Below, piece by piece: positions 8,013 through 16,624 of a stretch of 32,000 nucleotides of DNA. The notes under the pieces were generated by a model. It was not told the DNA's origin. It worked only from the letters and a program-made list of their open reading frames with translations, and made no database searches. The translations under genes and the position numbers were made by a program. The stretch is from positions 68,869 to 100,868 of the forward strand of contig JAILEM010000150.1 in assembly GCA_024687745.1 (NCBI GenBank). The letters run 5' to 3'. Each line of letters starts with the position of its first letter. Within the stretch, counting starts at the first letter, position 1. Source of the stretch: Lachnospiraceae bacterium (GTDB lineage: Bacteria > Bacillota > Clostridia > Lachnospirales > Lachnospiraceae).

Positions 8013-8930
8013 TTACCTGATCACCATCTTAAGCTTTTTTTCATTTACGCTCACCACCGCATGTGATCCTACGCCGACCGACTCTCCGTCTGCATGTATC
8101 GCTACCGGAATGGATGTGATCAGTTCTATCTTCTTTGCCCTTTTGATCTCTATTCCCTGAGCCCTGACATGATGTCCCTTAAATGCCGTAGGCATCAGCA
8201 TGAGTGTCTTTAGCTTTGAAATGCCGCTTGCCGAACAGATATCAAGATAGCCGTCATTATCGCTTGCCCTGGGACAGAACATAAATCCTCCGCCCTCATA
8301 TTTATGGTTCATGACGGTAACAAATATGAGGTCCTTAAGGCTTACCTTTTTGATATCGTCAAGTATCATGGTACAGTCACATTTCCTTAATCTGATGAGC
8401 TGCTTAAGAGCTATGAATAAATATGTAAATTTACCGAGTCCCAGCTTATTTAGCTTCTCCTTCAGGGTCGAATGAAGCACCTCATGGCAGACCGAAGCAT
8501 CATAGTTCATTCCGATACTGACCGCAAAATTCCTGACTTCATTTTCAGCCTCTATCCTTCCTATGTCTATTTCCCTGTATTCAATGGGATGAAGGATAGC
8601 ATCTAGTGCCTCAACGGGATCAGTCTTAAGATTAAGGCTTCTTGCAAGATCATTACTTGAACCGGTGGGAATATAACCAAAGGTTACCCTTGAAAAATCT
8701 TCTATTCCCGATACTATCTCATTTACGGTTCCGTCTCCTCCAACAGCTGCAAGCGTAATATGTTCATGTCCTTTAACAAGCTCCCGGGTATAGTTTCTTG
8801 CATCTAAATAGCCCTGCGTAAAGTGAACATCATACTCTATCCCGTCTGCCTTCAGCCGTTCCTCTATTGCCTTCCACTTCTTTAATCCCTTACCCGTGCT
8901 TGATCTTGGATTGACCACAAAATATATCAC
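8013..8930 (-). CDS. Diacylglycerol kinase catalytic-domain family lipid kinase (YegS/DgkB/BmrU-like)
   Basis: It carries the motifs FVVNPRSSTGKG and AAVGGDGTVNE, typical of the DAGK_cat family. The ORF-track start at 8993 is TTG and overlaps the GT2 gene. I favour the GTG at 8930, which is preceded by GAGGGG with a 7-nt spacer (VIYFVVNP...). Confidence 0.85.
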   Translation of the reverse strand: MIYFVVNPRSSTGKGLKKWKAIEERLKADGIEYDVHFTQGYLDARNYTRELVKGHEHITLAAVGGDGTVNEIVSGIEDFSRVTFGYIPTGSSNDLARSLNLKTDPVEALDAILHPIEYREIDIGRIEAENEVRNFAVSIGMNYDASVCHEVLHSTLKEKLNKLGLGKFTYLFIALKQLIRLRKCDCTMILDDIKKVSLKDLIFVTVMNHKYEGGGFMFCPRASDNDGYLDICSASGISKLKTLMLMPTAFKGHHVRAQGIEIKRAKKIELITSIPVAIHADGESVGVGSHAVVSVNEKKLKMVIR

Positions 8931-8976
8931 TTTATCACCCCTCTTTCCCTTTGCCCTTAAATGAATCCAAACAGGT

Positions 8977-9996
8977 TCAGTTAAAGCCCACAAATCTTCT
9001 GGCTATCTTATACTCCATAACAGATATCCTTCTTCCTCCCTTGCCCGGAAGGTTCATATTGGTTCCAAGTACACCAAATCTCAGCCTTATATAGTCCTTT
9101 GGATCATGGTCCTTTAAGTAATTCCATAACTCCTTTTTTTTCTCAAGTGATTCTTCGGATCCCTCCTTTATGAGAAGGATCGACGATATCGTCATCATTA
9201 TCGAAAGATAGCTCTGCATGTACCTTTCCTGTTTTTTCTTAAGGGATCTTGACGCATTGGCCATATAATCTATCATGAGCTTATTGACCCTTAGCTGCTG
9301 ATCTATCCTTCCTATCATTATACTCTCATTTACAGACTGGTCTTCCCTGCCTATATAGTATCTGTACAGATTCACATCCATATAATACATGTTCCTTACC
9401 TCTGTAAGAGGGTTAAAAACAAATATATTATCCACATAAAAGGTATGTGCGGGAAGTCTTAGTCCCATATCCTTTAAAAGCTTTGTCCTGTATATCACGG
9501 AATGCATGAGTATATACTGTCCGGGCTTAAATACCCTTACATCATCCCAGGTAAAGATCTGATCCTTTGGAAGAGCCGTAGAGTAGGTCATTACCTTTTT
9601 ATGCTTCTTACCCTCTTTTTCATATACAAAATTACATATGAGCATATCAAGTACCTTTGATCCTCCGGACAGCTCCTTAAGCTTTTCAAGCACCTTAAAA
9701 TATGCATCCTCCTTGAACCAGTCGTCTGAATCAAGCACCTTGAAAAACAGACCCGTAGCATTATCAATGCCCGTGTTTACCGCCTCTCCGTGACCTCCGT
9801 TTTCCTGGTGGACAGCCTTAACGATCCCCGGATACTTTTTCTCATACTCATCCGCTATTTCTCCGGTTTTATCCTTTGATCCGTCGTCAACTATTATTAT
9901 CTCCACATCCTCGCCTCCCGGCAAAAGACAGTCCACGGCCTTTCTCATATATTTTTCCGAATTATAGCATGGTATCGCAATTGATAATAATTTCAT
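8977..9996 (-). CDS. Family 2 glycosyltransferase
   Basis: 339 aa with a GT-A N-terminus (LSIAIPCYNSEKYM...EIIIVDDGSKDKT) and the DxD-like motif VLDSDDWF. The RBS is GGGAGAGAAG before the ATG at 9996. Confidence 0.9.
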   Translation of the reverse strand: MKLLSIAIPCYNSEKYMRKAVDCLLPGGEDVEIIIVDDGSKDKTGEIADEYEKKYPGIVKAVHQENGGHGEAVNTGIDNATGLFFKVLDSDDWFKEDAYFKVLEKLKELSGGSKVLDMLICNFVYEKEGKKHKKVMTYSTALPKDQIFTWDDVRVFKPGQYILMHSVIYRTKLLKDMGLRLPAHTFYVDNIFVFNPLTEVRNMYYMDVNLYRYYIGREDQSVNESIMIGRIDQQLRVNKLMIDYMANASRSLKKKQERYMQSYLSIMMTISSILLIKEGSEESLEKKKELWNYLKDHDPKDYIRLRFGVLGTNMNLPGKGGRRISVMEYKIARRFVGFN

Positions 9997-10020
9997 CTTC
10001 TCTCCCTGTGACTCCCGGCT

Positions 10021-10605
10021 TTAGCGAAGCCTGTCACTTTCATATTTTCTCTTCGTCTTAAGGCACTCAAGCACCTCATTATACTTTGCATCGATATCTT
10101 CGCCCGAAAGCTGTATATCCAGAGATATAGCTATGGTCTCAAGCATTTCGGCTGTGATCTTTTTTCTTAAGAGCAGATAATGATCTATCTTCTTATCATA
10201 GGACTTTGCATCAAGAAAGCACTCCAGATCCTTATCTATCACGCCCTCTTCAAACGGGCTTTCCGAAAGTATATCAGCCTTGGTTTCTTCCATCCGGGCG
10301 TCATCTTCACCGGAATTATCCCCCGGCTCCTTTTTCTTTTCATTATCCTCTCCGTCGGCCGCAACAAATCTGTATTTCTGCCTGGCATCGGGATATTTTT
10401 CCATATCCGTCTCACTTAAGAACATATCAAGAGGTCTTGCAAATGTCTTACCCTCACCGAAAAGCGGCCTGTATATGACAAATTCCTCCCCGGTTTCTGT
10501 GTGAACCGCAACATCAACCACCTGATAATAGGTCCCCTTAAAATGCCTGTAAACCTGTAAAGGTCTCGGTCTCTCTCTCATTCCTTCACTCAGCCTTCCT
10601 TGCAT
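10021..10605 (-). CDS. DUF1653 domain protein with an acidic linker and an extra C-terminal helical domain
   Basis: The N-terminal region (VYRHFKGTYYQVVDVAVHTETGEEFVIYRPLFGEGKTFARPLDMF) matches the DUF1653 pattern as I recall it. The start is ambiguous. The ATG at 10605 overlaps the ogg gene by 20 nt. The ATG at 10581 lies just after the ogg stop. Confidence 0.7.
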   Translation of the reverse strand: MQGRLSEGMRERPRPLQVYRHFKGTYYQVVDVAVHTETGEEFVIYRPLFGEGKTFARPLDMFLSETDMEKYPDARQKYRFVAADGEDNEKKKEPGDNSGEDDARMEETKADILSESPFEEGVIDKDLECFLDAKSYDKKIDHYLLLRKKITAEMLETIAISLDIQLSGEDIDAKYNEVLECLKTKRKYESDRLR

Positions 10606-11395
10606 GATAAAAAATCCATTGCTGCATTATCCCAGCATTGTCTCCATACTTAAAAAAAGGATCAACTCCATTATATACTTCTTTAATGACTTTTGCTATC
10701 CATGTATCAACAGGAACCATCCCTGTCCTCCCATAGGCGAAGAGACAGATGCAGTTAGACACCTTATTCCCTACTCCTTTAACCCTCTTAAGAGCTTCAA
10801 AAAGATCTTCATCGCTTAGGGTATAAAGCTCATCCGGTAAAAGCTCCCCCGAATTCACCATTCTTACCGCATCCACGATATATTCGTCCCTGTAGCCAAG
10901 ACTCAGTCCTTTAAGATCATCGACAGTTATATCCCTCATTTTTAAAGGATCGGGGAAAAGAAAGACCTCCTCATCTTCATCCTCTGCCCTTTCCCCGAAT
11001 TTTTGACATATAAGCTCTACCGATTTCTTTATCGCGGGAATATTCTTTCTTTGTGAGATTATGAAGGTTAGGAGCATCTCAAACGGATCCTGCTTTAATA
11101 TCCTTATTCCCTTCCCGTCACAGGATGCTGCCTTTAAGTAATCATCATCCTTATCTATAAGTTCCCTTATTTCACTGTAATTTCTTGACATATCAAAATA
11201 GGGTTCCCATACAGATTTCCATTCTTCCCGGGATGAGTTTACATAATATTCATTATCGTTAACCTTTTTTATATGAAGGATCTTATCCCTGAATATAAAT
11301 CTGTACTCATCATCTTCATATCTCTTTACCCTGAAGCACTGTCCGCTCTCATCTATCTTATCCAGATCAAAGTCATCCGTTATCCGTACTTTCAT
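10586..11395 (-). CDS. ogg: 8-oxoguanine DNA glycosylase / DNA lyase, HhH-GPD family (Ogg1-like)
   Basis: 269 aa. The HhH-GPD motif has a catalytic Lys and Asp arranged as in Ogg1: LKRVKGVGNKVSNCICLFAYGRTGMVPVDTWI. The RBS is GAGGAAG, 7 nt before the ATG at 11395. Confidence 0.8.
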   Translation of the reverse strand: MKVRITDDFDLDKIDESGQCFRVKRYEDDEYRFIFRDKILHIKKVNDNEYYVNSSREEWKSVWEPYFDMSRNYSEIRELIDKDDDYLKAASCDGKGIRILKQDPFEMLLTFIISQRKNIPAIKKSVELICQKFGERAEDEDEEVFLFPDPLKMRDITVDDLKGLSLGYRDEYIVDAVRMVNSGELLPDELYTLSDEDLFEALKRVKGVGNKVSNCICLFAYGRTGMVPVDTWIAKVIKEVYNGVDPFFKYGDNAGIMQQWIFYHARKAE

Positions 11396-11405
11396 GAATA
11401 CTTCC

Positions 11406-11936
11406 TCAATATCTGTTTATTTTATCTTCCTCATCGGTGGTACTCTTATCAATATCCTTTATTACAACACTGTAGGATATATCCTCATTTACCTTAACAA
11501 GGACCCTGTCCCCCTTTTTTCTTCCCATAACCGCCTTCCCGAGCGGTGAATCAATGCTTATGAGACCGTTTATCGAATCCGTTCTAACGGTTGTCACTAT
11601 CTTGTATTTTTCCTCTTCGTTGTCCTCTTCAAAAAAGACAGTGACGGTATTGTTGATACCCACCTCATCCTCCGCGGATGAATCGTCGATTATCACAGCT
11701 GTTTTTATCATATTCTCAAGGTATCTTATCCTGCTTTCATTGATACTTCTTTCCCTCTTTGCGGCATGGTATTCGAAATTTTCGGAAAGATCCCCCTGCG
11801 CCCTGGCTTCTTTTACCCGTTCAAGTATGGCCGGTCTGACATTTACTATCCTGTCATCGATCTCTGCCTGCATTTTCTTTATATCCGATCTTGTCAGTCT
11901 GTCCTTCATTATATAAATTCGGGAGAGCACGCTCAT
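11406..11936 (-). CDS. greA: Transcription elongation factor GreA
   Basis: It has the GreA signature ARAQGDLSENFEYHAAKRE and a C-terminal FKBP-like domain (ISIDSPLGKAVMGRKKGD). The ATG at 11936 forms an ATGA overlap with the ABC-F stop. An alternative ATG at 11909 (MKDRLT...) has no visible RBS. Confidence 0.9.
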   Translation of the reverse strand: MSVLSRIYIMKDRLTRSDIKKMQAEIDDRIVNVRPAILERVKEARAQGDLSENFEYHAAKRERSINESRIRYLENMIKTAVIIDDSSAEDEVGINNTVTVFFEEDNEEEKYKIVTTVRTDSINGLISIDSPLGKAVMGRKKGDRVLVKVNEDISYSVVIKDIDKSTTDEEDKINRY

Positions 11937-13891
11937 GCGTTGAGCTCATCCCACTCCTCCATGATCATTATAAGCTTTTCCTCCAGGGCATTTGCCTCAT
12001 CCTGTATTTCTTTAAGCTTTATATAGTCTGTAGCGTATCTCTCATCATTCAGCTCTTCTTTTTTTAAAGCTATTTCTTCCTCTATCCTTGTGATATCCTC
12101 CTCAAGGCGTTTTATCCTCTTTGCCCTTCTTGAGGCTTCCTTTTGGGCTTCATATGTCAGAAGACCTGTCTTATCAGTCTTTTTTGCTTCATCCGTACCT
12201 TCTTTATTCTCTGACAGCTTCGGATCTGAGATCACGCTTCCGCCCATAGCGATATTTTCTTTTACCCCTTCCTTTGCAAGCCTCTGTTTTTCCTGCTCCT
12301 CCTCGTATTGCGCATATCCGAAGGAATAGACCCTGACTCTGTCCTTTTCTATAAGGAAGAGCCTGCTTGCAAGCTTTTTGACAAAATATCTGTCATGGGA
12401 TACAAACATCACCGTTCCCTCAAACCGAAGCAGCATATCCTCAAGTGCTTCCTTGGATGCAATATCCATATGGTTTGTTGGCTCATCGAGGATCAGAAAA
12501 TTCGGTTTTCTTTTAATGATCTTGCACAAGGCAAGTCTTACCTTCTCTCCTCCCGAAAGTCCCCTTACTTCTTTATATACATCATCTCCGCTAAACAGGA
12601 AGGCTCCGAGACTGCTTCTGACCTCATTGTCCGTCAGTTCCGGAAACTCATCATGGAAATCATCTATTACATTTTTATCCGAAGTATATTCGGCCATCTG
12701 CTGGTCAAAATATCCAACTTCGACATTCGTACCGTATCTTACGGTTCCTCCAAGAGGACTGATGACTCCGGTGATCGTCTTTAACAGGGTAGACTTACCA
12801 AGCCCGTTCCCCCCGATTATCCCTACTCTTTCCCTTTTCTTAACCTCAAAGCTGAGTCTTGTTATGACTTCGTCGTAGCCTATGGCCAGATCCTTTACGA
12901 AGAGGATATCCTTTCCCGGTTCCTTAGCAGGCTTGTAATCAACATGAAAGGTCTTTTCGTCAAAGGCTTTTGGCGCATCTATTATATCCATATGTTCAAC
13001 CGCCTTGAGCTTTGACCTTGCCATCGAAACCTTTGTCGGCTTGTTCTTAAACCTTTCCGCTATGTTGTTGAGCCTTTCTATCTCCTTTAACTGCTTTATA
13101 TGATCCTTAAGCTGCTTATCGTAATTTTCCTTCTTTTGCCTTATGAAATCAGAATAGTTTCCGTTATATCTCTTAAGGTTATGATATTCTATCTCATATA
13201 CCGTATCGGCTATGTGGTCGATGAACATCCTGTCATGGGAAACAAGGACAACCGCATAGGGATAGCTCTTAAGATATCCCTCCAGCCATTCTATCGTTTC
13301 CATATCAAGATGATTTGTCGGCTCGTCTAAGAGAAGGATATCGGGTTTTGAGAGAAGAAGTCTTATAAAGGCAAGCTTTGTCCTCTCTCCTCCCGAAAAC
13401 TCGCTCAGCCTTTTTGTCTTATCTTCTTCTGAAAAGCCAAAGCTTTTAAGCATTACATCATATTCCTTGAGATAATAATATCCTCCCTCATCCTTATACT
13501 TTTCAAGCAGGCTGGTATATTCGTTTATAAGCTTCTCACTGTCACTCTTTGAAAGCTCCTTTGTGAGCTCGTCAAGCCTTTCCTTCATCCTGATAAAGCG
13601 CCTGAAAACAACCTGTATTTCCTCATCCAGGGTTCTGTTGTCATCTTCAAAGGCCGCCTGCTTTAAATAGCCTGTTACAGGATCTCCCGTGGAGTTTATG
13701 GACGTCTTTATCCCATCTGTCGTATCTGACTCTATCTCCCCTGATATCAGCCTTAAAAGAGTAGTCTTTCCCGATCCGTTCCTTCCGACAACGGCAATCT
13801 TTTCTTTTTTATTTTTTATCTCGAAATCCACTCTTTCAAGAATGGTATTTCCTCCCAGTGAAACACTGCCGTTAGAGATCTTATATATCAT
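11933..13891 (-). CDS. ABC-F family ATPase (translation factor type, Uup/YdiF-like) with a C-terminal coiled coil
   Basis: 652 aa with no TM segments. There are two ABC cassettes, with Walker A motifs GRNGSGKTTLL and GGNGLGKSTLL and signatures LSGGERTK and LSGGEKVR. The inter-domain linker is of housekeeping length (roughly 60 aa). The C-terminal tail is charged. Confidence 0.9.
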   Translation of the reverse strand: MIYKISNGSVSLGGNTILERVDFEIKNKKEKIAVVGRNGSGKTTLLRLISGEIESDTTDGIKTSINSTGDPVTGYLKQAAFEDDNRTLDEEIQVVFRRFIRMKERLDELTKELSKSDSEKLINEYTSLLEKYKDEGGYYYLKEYDVMLKSFGFSEEDKTKRLSEFSGGERTKLAFIRLLLSKPDILLLDEPTNHLDMETIEWLEGYLKSYPYAVVLVSHDRMFIDHIADTVYEIEYHNLKRYNGNYSDFIRQKKENYDKQLKDHIKQLKEIERLNNIAERFKNKPTKVSMARSKLKAVEHMDIIDAPKAFDEKTFHVDYKPAKEPGKDILFVKDLAIGYDEVITRLSFEVKKRERVGIIGGNGLGKSTLLKTITGVISPLGGTVRYGTNVEVGYFDQQMAEYTSDKNVIDDFHDEFPELTDNEVRSSLGAFLFSGDDVYKEVRGLSGGEKVRLALCKIIKRKPNFLILDEPTNHMDIASKEALEDMLLRFEGTVMFVSHDRYFVKKLASRLFLIEKDRVRVYSFGYAQYEEEQEKQRLAKEGVKENIAMGGSVISDPKLSENKEGTDEAKKTDKTGLLTYEAQKEASRRAKRIKRLEEDITRIEEEIALKKEELNDERYATDYIKLKEIQDEANALEEKLIMIMEEWDELNA

Positions 13892-13946
13892 CCCGAGTCC
13901 TTATCCGTTAATGATTTTGCATATATTTACTCACGTCTTGCCCCAT

Positions 13947-13975
13947 ATTCTAACATGAACTGTTTTTTTTGACAA
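13947..13975 (-). promoter_or_regulatory. Candidate promoter for the ABC-F/greA string (TTGTCA, 17 nt spacer, TGt-TAGAAT extended -10)
   Basis: The minus strand reads TTGTCAaaaaaaaacagttcatgtTAGAAT. The -35 is at 13970-13975 and the -10 at 13947-13952. A TG lies one nt upstream of the -10. Confidence 0.45.
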
Positions 13976-13997
13976 ATCATGTAAACATGGGTACAAT
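13969..13997 (+). promoter_or_regulatory. Candidate promoter for the radical SAM/azlCD operon (TTGACA, 17 nt spacer, TACAAT)
   Basis: The plus strand reads TTGACAaatcatgtaaacatgggTACAAT. The -35 is at 13969-13974 and the -10 at 13992-13997. This -35 hexamer overlaps the -35 of the divergent minus-strand promoter. Confidence 0.5.
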
Positions 13998-14058
13998 ACT
14001 TACTATTCAGATTAACTGTTAATTCATATTTCAGATTTAAGCTTGAAAGGATAACGTG

Positions 14059-15504
14059 ATGAAAAGAGTTTTATTATTCTATCCGCCCGGACTTTTATTC
14101 CAAAGAGGCGAAGACAGATGCCAGCAGAATGTAGACGAAGGATCTGCGCAGGCTATGCGTGCCTGCAATGATTTAGGCTATGCAGCTGCAATACTGTTAA
14201 AAAAAGGCTATGAAGTAAAGCTCAGGGATTATCAGACACAGGGTGATACCATGGAAGATCTTCACAGGGATTTTCAGGAATTCAAGCCTGATCTCATAAT
14301 GATGAGCATCACAAATACAACTATATTTGATGATATAAAACTGATCAATGATCTCAAGGATAAATATGATCCTGTAGTAGTACTTAAAGGTGCGCTTTTC
14401 TATGATCCGGAGCAGGCTATGCTTGATATGCTCGATCTTAGTCATATAGATTATATGATCGGAGGAGAAGTGGATTATGCCATCGGAGGCATCGCCGATT
14501 ATGCGCTTAAGGGCGAAGGAAACATAGATGATGTTCTTTCCATTCTTTACAGGAAGGAAGACGGCTCCTTTACCCGTACGAAATTTCATGTATGGGGAGA
14601 GCCTCTCGATGATATGCCCTTCCCCGCCAGACATCTGATGAATAATGCGCTTTATACAAGACCCGACACGGACGAACCCATGGCGACGATACAGACGGCA
14701 AGAGGCTGTCCCTCCAACTGTGTGTTCTGTCTTACACCCGGAATTTCCGGTAAATGCGTACGTTTCAGATCACCTCAGAATGTTTTGGCGGAAATGACAG
14801 AGTGCTACGAGGTTCACGGGATCCGCAATTTCTTCTTCAAGGCGGATACCTTTACGATAAATGCCGAATGGGTAAAGGAAATGTGTACTCTTATCATACA
14901 GTCTCCTCTTCACGGTAAGATAGAGTTTACGGCAAATTCAAGAGTACGTCCCCTTAAGAAGGAAACTCTTGAGCTTATGAAGGAGGCAGGTTGTTTCCTT
15001 GTAGCCTTCGGCTTTGAATCGGGTTCTGACGAGATACTTAAGCTTATAAAAAAAGGTGCCACTGTGGAGGAAAACTATCAGGCTGCCAGATGGTGTCATG
15101 AAATAGGGCTTAAATTCTGGGGATTCTTCGTAATAGGTTTCCCGTGGGAGGACAGATCCCACATCCTTGAAACAAAGAAGCTGATTATGAAGGCCGATCC
15201 CGATTTTATAGAGGTCACTGTTGCCCTTCCTTTTTACGGAACGCCGCTGTATGAAACATGTAAGGAAAATGATCTTTTGGCAGAATCCCCCCTGGGTTCG
15301 GATTTCTTCCATTCGAGCATGAAGGGCACTATGCACCTGTCCATGGAGGAGGTAATGAAGCTGCGAAAGAATATCCTTTTGTCCTTCTATTTAAGACCCA
15401 AATTTATATTCAAGAAGATCGGACAGTGTATAACAAAGCCAAAGATCTTTTTCAATTATGTAAAATACGGTCTGAAGCTGGTTATAAATCTTTTTAAGAA
15501 CTGA
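14059..15504 (+). CDS. B12-binding-domain radical SAM protein (class B-like), function unknown
   Basis: The N-terminal domain is Rossmann/cobalamin-binding-like (RVLLFYPPGL...GYEVKLRDY). The radical SAM cluster motif is TARGCPSNCVFCL (CxxxCxxC). The ORF-track start is the GTG at 14056. The adjacent ATG at 14059 sits 7 nt after AAAGGA and is preferred. Confidence 0.85.
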   Translation: MKRVLLFYPPGLLFQRGEDRCQQNVDEGSAQAMRACNDLGYAAAILLKKGYEVKLRDYQTQGDTMEDLHRDFQEFKPDLIMMSITNTTIFDDIKLINDLKDKYDPVVVLKGALFYDPEQAMLDMLDLSHIDYMIGGEVDYAIGGIADYALKGEGNIDDVLSILYRKEDGSFTRTKFHVWGEPLDDMPFPARHLMNNALYTRPDTDEPMATIQTARGCPSNCVFCLTPGISGKCVRFRSPQNVLAEMTECYEVHGIRNFFFKADTFTINAEWVKEMCTLIIQSPLHGKIEFTANSRVRPLKKETLELMKEAGCFLVAFGFESGSDEILKLIKKGATVEENYQAARWCHEIGLKFWGFFVIGFPWEDRSHILETKKLIMKADPDFIEVTVALPFYGTPLYETCKENDLLAESPLGSDFFHSSMKGTMHLSMEEVMKLRKNILLSFYLRPKFIFKKIGQCITKPKIFFNYVKYGLKLVINLFKN

Positions 15505-15532
15505 GAAAAGAGCAAAGGAATCCTGTGATAAG

Positions 15533-16267
15533 ATGGGAAAGAAAAATCTAAGTTCTGAAAACAGAACATGGTTTAAAAAGGGACTTCGTGACGGAGTCCC
15601 TATTTCACTTGGATATCTTGCGGTCGCTTTTTCACTGGGAATAGCCGCCAAAAATGCCGGACTTTCCGCTCTTGAAGCATCCGCGGCAAGTATTCTCTGT
15701 ATGGCCTCTGCCGGAGAATTTGGCGGGTTTACACTCATAGCCGCAGGGGCATCCTACCTTGAGCTTGCAGTTATGGAATTTGTTATAAATATGCGGTATA
15801 TGTTAATGTCCGCAGCACTTAGCCAGAAGCTTGGATCCGATACCTCCGTTTTAAAAAGGATGCTCCTTGGTCTGACTGTTACCGATGAGATCTTTGGAAT
15901 ATCGATAGCTGTCCCAAATGCCCTAAACCCCTTTTATTCATATGGTGCCGTTTGCATAGCTGCTCCCGGTTGGACATTGGGAACGGCCTTAGGTGTCATA
16001 ATGGGTAACCTGCTGCCATCAAATGTTGTTTCTGCACTGAGTGTCGGATTATACGGAATGTTTCTTGCCATCATAATCCCTCCCGCAAGGAAGAATAAGG
16101 TCATTGCCTGTCTTATAGCCATTTCCATGCTCTTAAGTGCTCTCATGACCTATGCCCCACCCTTTTGCGGTATAAATCAGGGCTTCAGGATAATAATACT
16201 TACGGTCCTTATATCGCTTTTGGCAGCGATCATCTGTCCGTGCAGGGAGGAAAATAATGCAGCATAG
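15533..16267 (+). CDS. azlC: AzlC family branched-chain amino acid transport (exporter) protein
   Basis: 244 aa and polytopic. AzlC-like regions are FKKGLRDGVPISLGYLAVAFSLG and the NMRYMLMSAALSQKL motif. It starts 28 nt after the radical SAM stop, with no terminator between them. Confidence 0.85.
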   Translation: MGKKNLSSENRTWFKKGLRDGVPISLGYLAVAFSLGIAAKNAGLSALEASAASILCMASAGEFGGFTLIAAGASYLELAVMEFVINMRYMLMSAALSQKLGSDTSVLKRMLLGLTVTDEIFGISIAVPNALNPFYSYGAVCIAAPGWTLGTALGVIMGNLLPSNVVSALSVGLYGMFLAIIIPPARKNKVIACLIAISMLLSALMTYAPPFCGINQGFRIIILTVLISLLAAIICPCREENNAA

Positions 16268-16562
16268 CACACCCGTATATATACTCATAATGTTCCTTGT
16301 GACCTACATGATAAGGATGATACCACTGGCTCTTATAAGAAAAGAGATAAAAAATAAGACCCTGAGGTCCTTTCTGTTTTATGTCCCTTATGTAACTCTT
16401 GCGGTGATGACCTTCCCCGCAATAATAAACGCCACAGATTCACCTGTTTCCGGAGCGCTTGCCCTCATATTCGGTATCATCTTAGCCTGGTTTGGAATGC
16501 CTCTTCTTCAGGTGTCGGTTCTTTCATGTCTTCTGGTATTTATACTTGAACTGTTCATATAA
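16257..16562 (+). CDS. azlD: AzlD family small membrane protein
   Basis: 101 aa and hydrophobic. It overlaps azlC by 11 nt. The RBS is GGGAGG before the ATG at 16257. The pairing with azlC is the typical arrangement. Confidence 0.8.
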   Translation: MQHSTPVYILIMFLVTYMIRMIPLALIRKEIKNKTLRSFLFYVPYVTLAVMTFPAIINATDSPVSGALALIFGIILAWFGMPLLQVSVLSCLLVFILELFI

Positions 16563-16592
16563 AGCTTAATACGTTCCCGTTAATGATCTCTC

Positions 16593-16624
16593 CCCAAAAA
16601 AGAACAGCTATGACACATAGCTGT
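16593..16624 (-). terminator. Rho-independent terminator after ptsI; the stem overlaps the ptsI stop codon
   Basis: The minus strand reads ACAGCTATG-tgt-CATAGCTGT followed by TCTTTTTTGGGG. The 9-bp perfect stem spans 16604-24. The element sits between the convergent azlD and ptsI genes. Confidence 0.65.

Noticed and set aside
12308-12878. 158-aa and 166-aa plus-strand ORFs
   Set aside because: They are antisense to the ABC-F gene, which has intact Walker and signature motifs. They have no RBS and a low-complexity composition.
15391-15738. 115-aa minus-strand ORF spanning the radical SAM/azlC junction
   Set aside because: It overlaps two well-supported plus-strand genes and their RBS. It has no RBS or recognisable motif of its own.
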